This document shows positions 1 through 7,357 of a DNA stretch of 52,658 bases, piece by piece. Origin of the DNA: a virus (lineage: Duplodnaviria > Caudoviricetes); IMG/VR virus record IMGVR_UViG_3300022866_000011, positions 1-52,658 of that record. One strand, given 5' to 3'. Under the pieces are notes generated by a model that did not search any database, was not told where the DNA came from, and saw only the letters and a program-made list of their open reading frames with translations. Positions within the stretch are counted from its first letter, which is position 1; every line of letters starts with the position of its first letter. A program made the position numbers and the translations under genes.

Positions 1-70
1 GAGCATAACAAACCACTTCAGACAACGACCCTCGCTGTCCGGCTTCTGACATTTTATTTTGGTATGACAT
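1..70 (-). CDS. 5' end of a small hypothetical gene running off the window (MSYQNKMSEAGQRGSLSEVVCYA...)
   Basis: ATG at 70, 21 nt after the stop of ORF 92..340; frame stays open to position 1; same layout as neighbouring genes. Confidence 0.5.
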   Translation of the reverse strand, partial: MSYQNKMSEAGQRGSLSEVVCYA

Positions 71-131
71 TTTTATTGGTTGGTTGAGGTTTTAAGCCTT
101 CGACGGGTCGCGTCTGACCTCGTTGTTAGCC
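3..131 (+). repeat. attC-like imperfect inverted repeat (129 bp)
   Basis: Left arm GCATAAC-AAACC-ACTTCAGACAACGACCC; right arm GGGTCGCGTCTGACC-TCGTT-GTTAGCC. AAC/GTT boxes, 5-nt spacers, two extra bases in the left arm. Confidence 0.75.
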
Positions 132-340
132 ACTGCGCGTTTGAACGCATCGAGAACGGTGGAAACGTTTTCTGCTGATGTGTATTTCTTTTCGTGGTCC
201 GTGAGTTGCGAGTAGACAGCATAGCCGTCGTGTAGTATCTCCGCGTGGCGTGCGGTCTCCTTTTCGAGTAGTTGGCACATTAGCTTGCCCGAACCGGGAC
301 CGGTATCAAATGCGCTGTCAGTTTTGGGTGTATCGCTCAT
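92..340 (-). CDS. hypothetical phage protein (82 aa)
   Basis: ORF track; phage-typical MSDTPKTD start; C-terminus encoded by an attC-like arm. Confidence 0.7.
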   Translation of the reverse strand: MSDTPKTDSAFDTGPGSGKLMCQLLEKETARHAEILHDGYAVYSQLTDHEKKYTSAENVSTVLDAFKRAVANNEVRRDPSKA

Positions 341-378
341 TGTATTATATTTTCTGTTACGGTTGAAATTCGGAGGCT

Positions 379-417
379 AACCAGTCGCTGCTGGCGAGGC
401 GCATCATTCGCGGGTTT
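379..417. repeat. 39-bp direct repeat, copy 1 (contains an attC-like left arm)
   Basis: AACCAGTCGCTGCTGGCGAGGCGCATCATTCGCGGGTTT; 38/39 identical to 907-945. Confidence 0.9.
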
Positions 418-438
418 TTGAGGTGGGGTGGGAATAGT

Positions 439-491
439 GCCGAACAAAGCGATTTGAGCCTACGGCTTGCGGCTCAATCCGCCGGGCTCGC
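439..491 (+). repeat. short attC-like hairpin with a degenerate right box
   Basis: GCCGAAC-AAAGC-GATTTGAGCCTAC ... GCGGCTCAATC-CGCCG-GGCTCGC; two extra bases in the left arm; no GTT at the right end. Confidence 0.55.
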
Positions 492-492
492 A

Positions 493-1395
493 TCAAATTC
501 GGGCCGCCTCATCGAGTTCCTCCCCGTAGTCGTTGAGTCGCATCCACGCCTCTAGTGCTTGGCCTCCCGCCCAGTTGTCGAAGGTGCTTTGATCGGCCTT
601 CCCGTTGACGGTAGCCTCTCTATCTATTCGCGCGACTTGCTCAGTTTCGTCGTAGTAGTCCACGACGTTGCCTCTATCATCGGCATAAAATTTAGAACCA
701 GAGTTCTCAGAAAGTATACTGGGGAATTGGTCGATTACTTCACGCTGCGATCCGTAGCCGTTTGGGTCACATTGTGAGCATTGCGGGCAGAATACCTCAT
801 ACCTCGATTCATCCCGGCGGTTTGGATAGTCTTTGACTTGGAGGGATCCCCCGCACTCGCAGCGTTGAGGCGGATCGAAGTCGAGGTAGTTTGAGCGATC
901 GAGCCGAACCAGTCGCTTCTGGCGAGGCGCATCATTCGCGGGTTTCGGTGATTGCGGTATGGGCATCCAGTGAGATACAAACCTTGCTTTGACCGAAAGG
1001 AGATTCCCGGATGGCCTACTCGTTCGCCATTGGTCGCAAATCACATCATAGTAACAGTCGCACCATCGGGTGCCGCAAGACAGCCATATGTCTATCCTAT
1101 CGTCCTTCGGTGCAGTTTCGATAGGATGCCACGGACACTTCAGTGCGTTTAATTCATAAGTCGCCGCTTCGACTAGGTTTCCGGTGATTGTCTCGTCATG
1201 TAGGACGCCGCCACATGACGCGCAGCGTTCTCGGTATGTCGCATCGACCTCGGAATCGCATGACATGCAATACCATCCGATAAACGAATGGAGCTTTTTG
1301 CACCTCGCTAGTAAGTCTTCCAGATTGGCCGAACCAGACGTTGAGCCAACAAGCCTAGGTTGCACGGCAGCGGGAGGGGTGGGATTATTGGGCAT
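493..1395 (-). CDS. mosaic hypothetical protein: Zn-finger + DUF551-like + Lar-like Zn-ribbon + C-terminal module
   Basis: CMSC...CASC; WHPIETAPKD...SHWMPIP (DUF551-like); CECGG...YEVFCPQC. Confidence 0.65.
   Translation of the reverse strand: MPNNPTPPAAVQPRLVGSTSGSANLEDLLARCKKLHSFIGWYCMSCDSEVDATYRERCASCGGVLHDETITGNLVEAATYELNALKCPWHPIETAPKDDRIDIWLSCGTRWCDCYYDVICDQWRTSRPSGNLLSVKARFVSHWMPIPQSPKPANDAPRQKRLVRLDRSNYLDFDPPQRCECGGSLQVKDYPNRRDESRYEVFCPQCSQCDPNGYGSQREVIDQFPSILSENSGSKFYADDRGNVVDYYDETEQVARIDREATVNGKADQSTFDNWAGGQALEAWMRLNDYGEELDEAARI
907..945. repeat. 39-bp direct repeat, copy 2 (inside ORF 493..1395)
   Basis: AACCAGTCGCTTCTGGCGAGGCGCATCATTCGCGGGTTT; its AAC completes a GCCGAAC box at 903-909. 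Confidence 0.9.
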
Positions 1396-1454
1396 GATAT
1401 TGGATGGGGCTGGGTTAGGGTTGTTTGGGCTCGCGGCTCAACTGGGTGTTCGTC
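1328..1454 (+). repeat. attC-like imperfect inverted repeat (127 bp)
   Basis: Left arm GCCGAAC-CAGAC-GTTGAGCCAACAAGCC; right arm GGCTCGCGGCTCAAC-TGGGT-GTTCGTC. Encloses the stop at 1415 and the start at 1395. Confidence 0.75.
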
Positions 1455-1783
1455 ATCGCTTCAGTTTCTTTGATTAACGCGGAGATTCCGCGCTTGGTCG
1501 CGTGATGGGTTTTGAGTTTGCGTAGGCACCATTCGAGTGCTTCCTTTCGACGTTCACTTTCCTCGATAATCGGTTCGAGGTCATCGGCTAGATTCTGGAC
1601 CGTATCGCACCCGTCGGAGAGCGCGAACCACCTGTCGTCATAGTATTGCTCGCCCTGAGTCCGGCCCTCGCTGGGGATCAACCGGTTGCGAAATAAGGAA
1701 ACCAGATTATGCAGACAATTCGATCCAGTCACGCCTTTGGAATTTTGAGTGTTATTCACGGTCGTTTTTCGGGGTGTGTTCAT
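1415..1783 (-). CDS. hypothetical protein (122 aa)
   Basis: ORF track; tiles with its neighbours. Confidence 0.6.
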   Translation of the reverse strand: MNTPRKTTVNNTQNSKGVTGSNCLHNLVSLFRNRLIPSEGRTQGEQYYDDRWFALSDGCDTVQNLADDLEPIIEESERRKEALEWCLRKLKTHHATKRGISALIKETEAMTNTQLSREPKQP

Positions 1784-2072
1784 TGTTCGGCGCGAGGTCG
1801 TCGCTCGCGGGGTGCATGAGCTCCCACCATTCCACGCTCGTGAGCCATCGGACTGCTGCTCTATCTACGACGCAGGATTCCTTTCCTGACTTAGATGTAA
1901 GCACGTATCCGGTGATATGGTAGTCTCTGTCTTTGACGATGGAGTCTGTTTTCCGGTTGGTCAGCAAATCCACCGATTCGGACCGTTGTGCGGCGCGACG
2001 CCACGCTTCATTCACTGCCTCTTTTTGGGCGGCCGTAGCCGTCGCCCAGTTGCCTTTATTTGAGTCGCTCAT
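1752..2072 (-). CDS. hypothetical protein (106 aa)
   Basis: ORF track; 4-nt start/stop overlap with 2069..2491. Confidence 0.65.
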   Translation of the reverse strand: MSDSNKGNWATATAAQKEAVNEAWRRAAQRSESVDLLTNRKTDSIVKDRDYHITGYVLTSKSGKESCVVDRAAVRWLTSVEWWELMHPASDDLAPNNEHTPKNDRE

Positions 2073-2491
2073 AGCTGATCTCCGGTGTTCGGCCCTGATC
2101 GTTTTGCGAGATTACGGACCGCCAGGGCCCCCGGATCACACCCGCACATTGCCCATTCGTCGTTGAGCGTCCGTTTGGATCCCCGATACATGCCGCCTGC
2201 TTCCTGATCGCCCACCATGCCGGTATCCTCGCAGTCTGGGCAGCAAAGCGATGCAGACCGTTGTGCGGGTTCAGACTTCGCAATAGACGTGAGGGCTTCC
2301 CGTAGTCGGTCAGACATCCACTGTGCTTCTGAAAACGTCTTATACTCTGGCCCGACTGCGAAGGTCTGCACTCCGACACTGAACTCAGCTTGCCAGCCTC
2401 CTTTCCATTCAGATTTGACTGCTACGGAAAAGTGCGAACCAGCTGGTCGCGGCTTGGCGGTCGTGGGAGGGGTTTGGTTTGCGGGTATCAT
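2069..2491 (-). CDS. hypothetical two-module protein with C-terminal Zn-binding motif
   Basis: CPDC...CGC; an attC-like right arm (2074-2093) encodes its C-terminus. Confidence 0.65.
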   Translation of the reverse strand: MIPANQTPPTTAKPRPAGSHFSVAVKSEWKGGWQAEFSVGVQTFAVGPEYKTFSEAQWMSDRLREALTSIAKSEPAQRSASLCCPDCEDTGMVGDQEAGGMYRGSKRTLNDEWAMCGCDPGALAVRNLAKRSGPNTGDQL

Positions 2492-2543
2492 TGGTGGTCA
2501 ATGTTTGGGAGGTGATTGTTGGCGGCGTTCATGGTAGAAGTTG

Positions 2544-2867
2544 TTAGGTGGATAGCGATATGCGGTTCATTCGGCGTTCTTCATGTCCGTCCGCTTCTCG
2601 GATGCGTGCCGCCTTTGCGAGAGCGACATTTGCTGCTCTCTCGTATTGTTCCGGAGTCGGGTAGCTTGCGATCATGCCGATGCTCACCTCGTCGTTGGCT
2701 TTGATTTCGGCCATGACCTTGCCGTCGCTCCTCACGATTCGCTTAGCGTTTCTTGGGTAGTCGTATTGTGCGTGAGTAAGCCAACCCTTGCAGAAGTCTC
2801 GCGTTTCAGTGAAGAGCTTTACCCACTTACTGGAGAAGTAGGATTCGATTGAGTATGTGTATTTCAT
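2544..2867 (-). CDS. hypothetical protein (107 aa)
   Basis: ORF track; same operon direction. Confidence 0.65.
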   Translation of the reverse strand: MKYTYSIESYFSSKWVKLFTETRDFCKGWLTHAQYDYPRNAKRIVRSDGKVMAEIKANDEVSIGMIASYPTPEQYERAANVALAKAARIREADGHEERRMNRISLST

Positions 2868-2925
2868 GATTCAGTTAGGATTTCAGGTTCTGGGATCTCG
2901 TAATAATGAGATATGCGCCTAGGGT

Positions 2926-3177
2926 TCATAACCTCCCATTCGATACCGCTTCCGTCGTATCTCCTCGCGTCAGCTCTCGCACTTCGCCCATACCCAAATA
3001 TTTGACATCATCGCATGGATGATAACGGCCGACATTCCCGGGCCTATCTGAGTCGAGATTTACTCCAATGTAATGACCGTGATCCTCTGCAATGATCCCA
3101 GCCTTACCGTAAACGACCACGCGCCGCCCGATCTCTGCCGGCACCTTGTAGAAACTGCGCACATACTCGAGGCTCAC
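2926..3177 (-). CDS. small hypothetical phage protein
   Basis: LEYVRSFYKVPAEIGRRV...YHP resembles a common small phage protein; GTGA overlap with the upstream gene. Confidence 0.7.
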   Translation of the reverse strand: MSLEYVRSFYKVPAEIGRRVVVYGKAGIIAEDHGHYIGVNLDSDRPGNVGRYHPCDDVKYLGMGEVRELTRGDTTEAVSNGRL

Positions 3178-3530
3178 AGCACCACCCCCTCGAGATCATG
3201 CACGCCACCGAACACCTCGACGCCCTTATACTGATCAGGACTCTGGCGCCCAATTAGCCAAATGGCCCGCCCCAGACGCAGCTCCAGGTATGTCCTAGAT
3301 TCCTCCGAATTCAACCATCCGTAGCTCTTAAAATTGCAAAAATACCACCCGCGAAATTCGCCGGCAATGCTCCACGTCTCGCAGCCGAGCCAATGCTCAC
3401 TGCGGTGAAAAAGCCCGAAGAAATGGTGATCAACGCACCAACGGGAAAACCTAGGATCGGACAACCGTAGACCTTTAAGGCACCGCCAAACGGTGCGCTT
3501 GTAAATTGGGTATTTCATAGAAGTTATCAT
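3174..3530 (-). CDS. hypothetical protein (118 aa)
   Basis: Translationally coupled at both ends (ATGA, GTGA overlaps). Confidence 0.6.
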   Translation of the reverse strand: MITSMKYPIYKRTVWRCLKGLRLSDPRFSRWCVDHHFFGLFHRSEHWLGCETWSIAGEFRGWYFCNFKSYGWLNSEESRTYLELRLGRAIWLIGRQSPDQYKGVEVFGGVHDLEGVVL

Positions 3531-4384
3531 CCCCCCCCCCTACTGGGCAAAGTCGCCTCGTTAAAAAGGTCAGCGTGCTTTTTCTTCGCTTCCGCCGCTT
3601 TTTGGATTCTTTTCTCGCGCTCTCGCTTTTCATCGACCGTCAAAAAATGCACCATGTCGCAGAGATCCAATAACCGGCAGAGCAAAGGATCGGTCCGAAT
3701 CTCGGAACTCTTCGACGAGCCACAAATCTGCGTCGCGCTTAAATTTGTCGTGCAAATTAGGGGCAATCCCTTTGCTCGCCGCATGTCTAAAAACCGGAAA
3801 AACCAGCCCATTGCCCAGTCCTCCTTTGACCGCACCACCGCCTCCTGTCCTAGATCGTCCAAAAAGAAAATATCGTAAGCCGCCTGCTTACGGATCCACG
3901 GCAGCGCCAAGTCCCTCCCAAAACTTTCCTGCTGCGCCAATTCATGAAACCAGTCCTGAGCCACAGCGTAATGCACGTCCCGACCGTCGACGACCATCAG
4001 CCGATACAACAACGCCATGATTGACCGAGTCTTCCCACGACCAGTCGGTCCAGCCGCAAGGAGCCCCTTCTTATTTTCGGGGTTCCATTTCAGCACCGCC
4101 TCGATCGAGTCTGGCGCCAGCAGCATGCTCGGATGATCCCAATCCGACGACAAATACTCATCACCCACGACATACTCAAATCGCGAATTTCGATCGGATC
4201 GCTTTGCGTCCTCAAGATACTTCCGTCCGACTTCATCGAGGTCCTGCTTCGGGGCATTCTTAAACTGTTCGATGCGCTCCTCCGACCAGCCATTGTATCG
4301 TAAACTAGCATGCATCGCATCCACGATATTGCCAATTGATACCGTGGCCTCTTTTCGTTCAAATCCTTCGTCGTCGTCCATCAA
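3527..4384 (-). CDS. DnaC/IstB-like AAA+ ATPase (helicase loader)
   Basis: Walker A GPTGRGKT, Walker B FFLDDLG, LICTTN, ...CRL; follows an initiator-like gene. Confidence 0.85.
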   Translation of the reverse strand: MMDDDEGFERKEATVSIGNIVDAMHASLRYNGWSEERIEQFKNAPKQDLDEVGRKYLEDAKRSDRNSRFEYVVGDEYLSSDWDHPSMLLAPDSIEAVLKWNPENKKGLLAAGPTGRGKTRSIMALLYRLMVVDGRDVHYAVAQDWFHELAQQESFGRDLALPWIRKQAAYDIFFLDDLGQEAVVRSKEDWAMGWFFRFLDMRRAKGLPLICTTNLSATQICGSSKSSEIRTDPLLCRLLDLCDMVHFLTVDEKREREKRIQKAAEAKKKHADLFNEATLPSRGGG

Positions 4385-4896
4385 AATGTATTCCTTAATT
4401 TATCATCACCACCGAACGTAGATCGCCCGGGACCCCGTCTATTTTTGCAGGTCCGCAGGCATGCCTTCCAGTCTTTAACAGGCTTGCCTGCCCCGGACCC
4501 GATCCGCCAGCCGCACGACTCGTAATGGTCATACGACGCCTGCGCATCATTACGCACAAACCCCACCTCCTCGGAGTAAGCCATCCATTCCTCAAGCGAT
4601 GGACGTGTCATCGGAGCAGCACGCCTGCTGGCCTTTGCGCTCTGCTTCGATCCAGCAATCACATACACGTCGAACAGTCCCACCTTAACCAAAGGTAGGG
4701 CGGCTAAAACATCATCATATGAGCATCCGACCGCAGCACGCCAATCGGCATCCGTCCAGCCGGACGCACCCACGATGGTATCACCACCAGCCCGCACCAA
4801 ATACGAGACGCATCGCAGCCACGTGCCTACCGCTTGGCTCGACGCCAACGCAAACTCTGGCCGAGCCAGCACCGATAGTTCCAAGATATTCCTCAA
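4381..4896 (-). CDS. phage replication initiator / replisome organiser-like protein
   Basis: C-terminal RPSLEEW...YDHYESCGWRIG...VKDWKACLRT pattern; directly upstream of the DnaC-like gene. Confidence 0.65.
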   Translation of the reverse strand: MRNILELSVLARPEFALASSQAVGTWLRCVSYLVRAGGDTIVGASGWTDADWRAAVGCSYDDVLAALPLVKVGLFDVYVIAGSKQSAKASRRAAPMTRPSLEEWMAYSEEVGFVRNDAQASYDHYESCGWRIGSGAGKPVKDWKACLRTCKNRRGPGRSTFGGDDKLRNTF

Positions 4897-5279
4897 GACT
4901 TTTCCTCCATAGATCCACCCCTACTCAACTCGCAGTAGCGTTTCAAAATATCGGTCGCATTATTCCAGTCCCACGAGACATCGACATAGTAGCCGGCCTC
5001 CGCACAGATCGCCATAAATGACCGCTGCTCCGCCGTTGGCTTATTCTTCCCGACCTTCAGCTCCAGGAGCATCGCGGGATAACGGCCCCGAGGAATCAAA
5101 AGGATCAAATCACAAACCCCGGCACGAACTCCCTGAGCCTTGAACCGGCACGCCTCGCGGAAGTTGCGCTTGCCCCCATTGGGGACATGGAACAGGAGAC
5201 GCTCGTCCTTAATTCCAAGTCCCCGATGGGCAAGTGACCACCACTTGATGATCATGGTCTGGAGCTCGTCCTCGCGCAT
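4893..5279 (-). CDS. VRR-NUC domain endonuclease
   Basis: FHVPNGGKRN...GVRAGVCDL...LELKVGKNKPTAEQ. Confidence 0.9.
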   Translation of the reverse strand: MREDELQTMIIKWWSLAHRGLGIKDERLLFHVPNGGKRNFREACRFKAQGVRAGVCDLILLIPRGRYPAMLLELKVGKNKPTAEQRSFMAICAEAGYYVDVSWDWNNATDILKRYCELSRGGSMEEKS

Positions 5280-5285
5280 CAGAAA

Positions 5286-5696
5286 TCAGAACGGCGGTTC
5301 TTCATCCTCATCGAGCGGCAGCGCGGGCGGCGCACCAGCGCTATCCGGTTCCTCCTCTTTGCGAGCAGGCCGATCCTCGTAATCCTTCTTCTCGAGCTTA
5401 AGCTCTGCGCCTGCCTCGTCCAGCGCAGCACGAAATGCCACATCCGAATCGCTGATATTGCCCCTGTATGGCCGAGGCTCATACTTAGAGAACCAAAATT
5501 CCAGCGAACCCTTCACCATATCGCCGAGCGCTTGACCCGCCTGCTTTTTGATGAAAACCGGAACGACGAACGCCCTCCAGCCCGTATAGGATTTGCCACC
5601 ACCTCCGCCAGAGCCACCACCTGGCACCCCCGACTTTAACGCGTCCCTGATTTCGGTCAGTAAACTGATTACTTTGTCTGCTTTTTCATCTGTCAT
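5286..5696 (-). CDS. hypothetical protein with SSB-like acidic tail (start revised to 5696)
   Basis: ATG at 5696 forms an ATGA overlap; C-terminal DEDEEPPF resembles an SSB tail; no clear OB fold. Confidence 0.55.
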   Translation of the reverse strand: MTDEKADKVISLLTEIRDALKSGVPGGGSGGGGGKSYTGWRAFVVPVFIKKQAGQALGDMVKGSLEFWFSKYEPRPYRGNISDSDVAFRAALDEAGAELKLEKKDYEDRPARKEEEPDSAGAPPALPLDEDEEPPF

Positions 5697-5893
5697 TCTT
5701 TTTGGATTTTGATTGTTGATTGATTGAACACCGATGCACACCGCCGAGCGTTTCGGACGGCTGAAGCGCGATCGCCAAATGATCTGGAGGATACGGCAAT
5801 GTAAGTGCTACGACACAAGGCATGCCACTCGTAGCGAGCATCCCCACGCCTGTGGATGATTACAGAGACGACACTGGGAGATTTGCCTGCCAT
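5693..5893 (-). CDS. YegP/DUF1508-like small protein
   Basis: RYEWHAL...IAVSSRSFGDRASAVRNARR resembles the DUF1508 pattern. Confidence 0.5.
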   Translation of the reverse strand: MAGKSPSVVSVIIHRRGDARYEWHALCRSTYIAVSSRSFGDRASAVRNARRCASVFNQSTIKIQKE

Positions 5894-6861
5894 TAGGACT
5901 GTTCTCCATCAAGCCGCTCCTCGACCTTGCGACGATGCCACGCCGGAATATGTAGCATCTGCACGCCGCCAAGCGAGCCAGGCCAAACACCTGTCTGGTA
6001 GCACTTGGTCACCTGCTCGATCGCATCAACCGACTCCCGGAAACCAAGCGTGATATCTTCCTGAGAAGCCTCATAAAGTTGAGCGGCAAATGGCTCCCCT
6101 TTTTCTGCGGCCGCAAAGAAAAACCGCAGCCCATCGACTGGACGCTCCTCGGCTGGGAGGATCTCACTGATCACCGCGGTATAGAGGCCAGCCTGCCGAT
6201 AATAACCGAGCTTAGAAAACTGAGAATTGAACGACGAAAACGACGAATCCGAGAGACTAACGCAGGACTTCAGATCCACGATGCACGCAGTATCACAAAT
6301 GCCGGAAATCCCGTTAGGGCACCAAACATCGGTGCGCACCTGCACCACAATACCATTGCCGTAATCCTTGCGCCAAGTGATCTGGGATTCGCCGGCGTTA
6401 AGCGCTGCCCAGACTTCGGGACTCGACCGCAAAGTCTCCTCCAAACGAGCGATCTCCGCCCACTCGACTTGGGAGAGGATACAACGGTCCTGCGCGATCG
6501 CGGCGAAATCGTCCCACCATAACATCGCGTCAATCGATTTCTGGGCTGGCTTCGCCGCGGCACGCTGAACTGACGTCGGCACCTTTGGGGCGTTCACCGG
6601 GACCACGATGAATTCACGATGGAAAACAGCCGGACCCTCTAAAATCCACGCGTCAACCGCACGCCCGACGCGTAAAGGACGAGTCTCCTCCTGCTTGATG
6701 AGCTTTGCTACATGCTTACGCCAGAAGTAGAGCGGTCGCTCGCTGAAATTCTTCAGCTTGGAATTACTGAGAGCATCAGCTGCGTGGTAGACGTCGGCAG
6801 GCTCGTCCTTGATCTTTCCGAACTGCATCGGACCTTCGACGTATGGAGTAATGTCACTCAT
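5893..6861 (-). CDS. RecE-like PD-(D/E)XK exonuclease (DUF3799 / exonuclease VIII-like)
   Basis: YHAADALSNSKLK, VRTD, IVDLKS, GYYRQAGLY, FFFAAAEK, WPG; same module as RecT. Confidence 0.85.
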   Translation of the reverse strand: MSDITPYVEGPMQFGKIKDEPADVYHAADALSNSKLKNFSERPLYFWRKHVAKLIKQEETRPLRVGRAVDAWILEGPAVFHREFIVVPVNAPKVPTSVQRAAAKPAQKSIDAMLWWDDFAAIAQDRCILSQVEWAEIARLEETLRSSPEVWAALNAGESQITWRKDYGNGIVVQVRTDVWCPNGISGICDTACIVDLKSCVSLSDSSFSSFNSQFSKLGYYRQAGLYTAVISEILPAEERPVDGLRFFFAAAEKGEPFAAQLYEASQEDITLGFRESVDAIEQVTKCYQTGVWPGSLGGVQMLHIPAWHRRKVEERLDGEQS

Positions 6862-6864
6862 GGC

Positions 6865-7335
6865 TTAAACGCGCCCCCAACGTGCATCCTTCTCCGAGTC
6901 AGTCGTAGGGATTTGATTATCGGTGCGAAGCATCAGGACCGGCGTCTTGGTTTTCACCCAGCACTCGGCATCCTTAAAGTGCTTTGCTGCGACGTTCTCC
7001 ATTGCCTCACCGATCGTGAGGGCAGGGTGCAAACGGCCACGCTTGCTGGCGTTATAATCGTAGGCGGCACGGTGAATCCGCTCAACCGTAGTGACTGGAC
7101 TTTCGCTCTCGGGAATCTGCGCAACCCACGCGACGAACTCAGCATCGGCGGGAAGACGATTATCGGGATCCGAGACGAGACAGCACCACTGTTTTTTGAT
7201 GGGCGGTGGCTTCTCCTCATCAGACTCGGGCTGGATAACAGCCTGCATTTCTTCGATGATTTGGCGAAGAACCTCGGGGGCGACTTCGTTACGCTTGATG
7301 ATTTCAGCGACTTGATTGATGTCAATTTTGGGCAT
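6865..7335 (-). CDS. hypothetical protein (156 aa)
   Basis: ORF track; tight operon spacing. Confidence 0.7.
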   Translation of the reverse strand: MPKIDINQVAEIIKRNEVAPEVLRQIIEEMQAVIQPESDEEKPPPIKKQWCCLVSDPDNRLPADAEFVAWVAQIPESESPVTTVERIHRAAYDYNASKRGRLHPALTIGEAMENVAAKHFKDAECWVKTKTPVLMLRTDNQIPTTDSEKDARWGRV

Positions 7336-7357
7336 AATATTTGGGGGTGATTAAAGG

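Noticed and set aside
3-2582. CRISPR array or complete integron
   Set aside because: Repeats are degenerate inverted repeats separated by whole genes; no cas genes and no recognisable intI or attI
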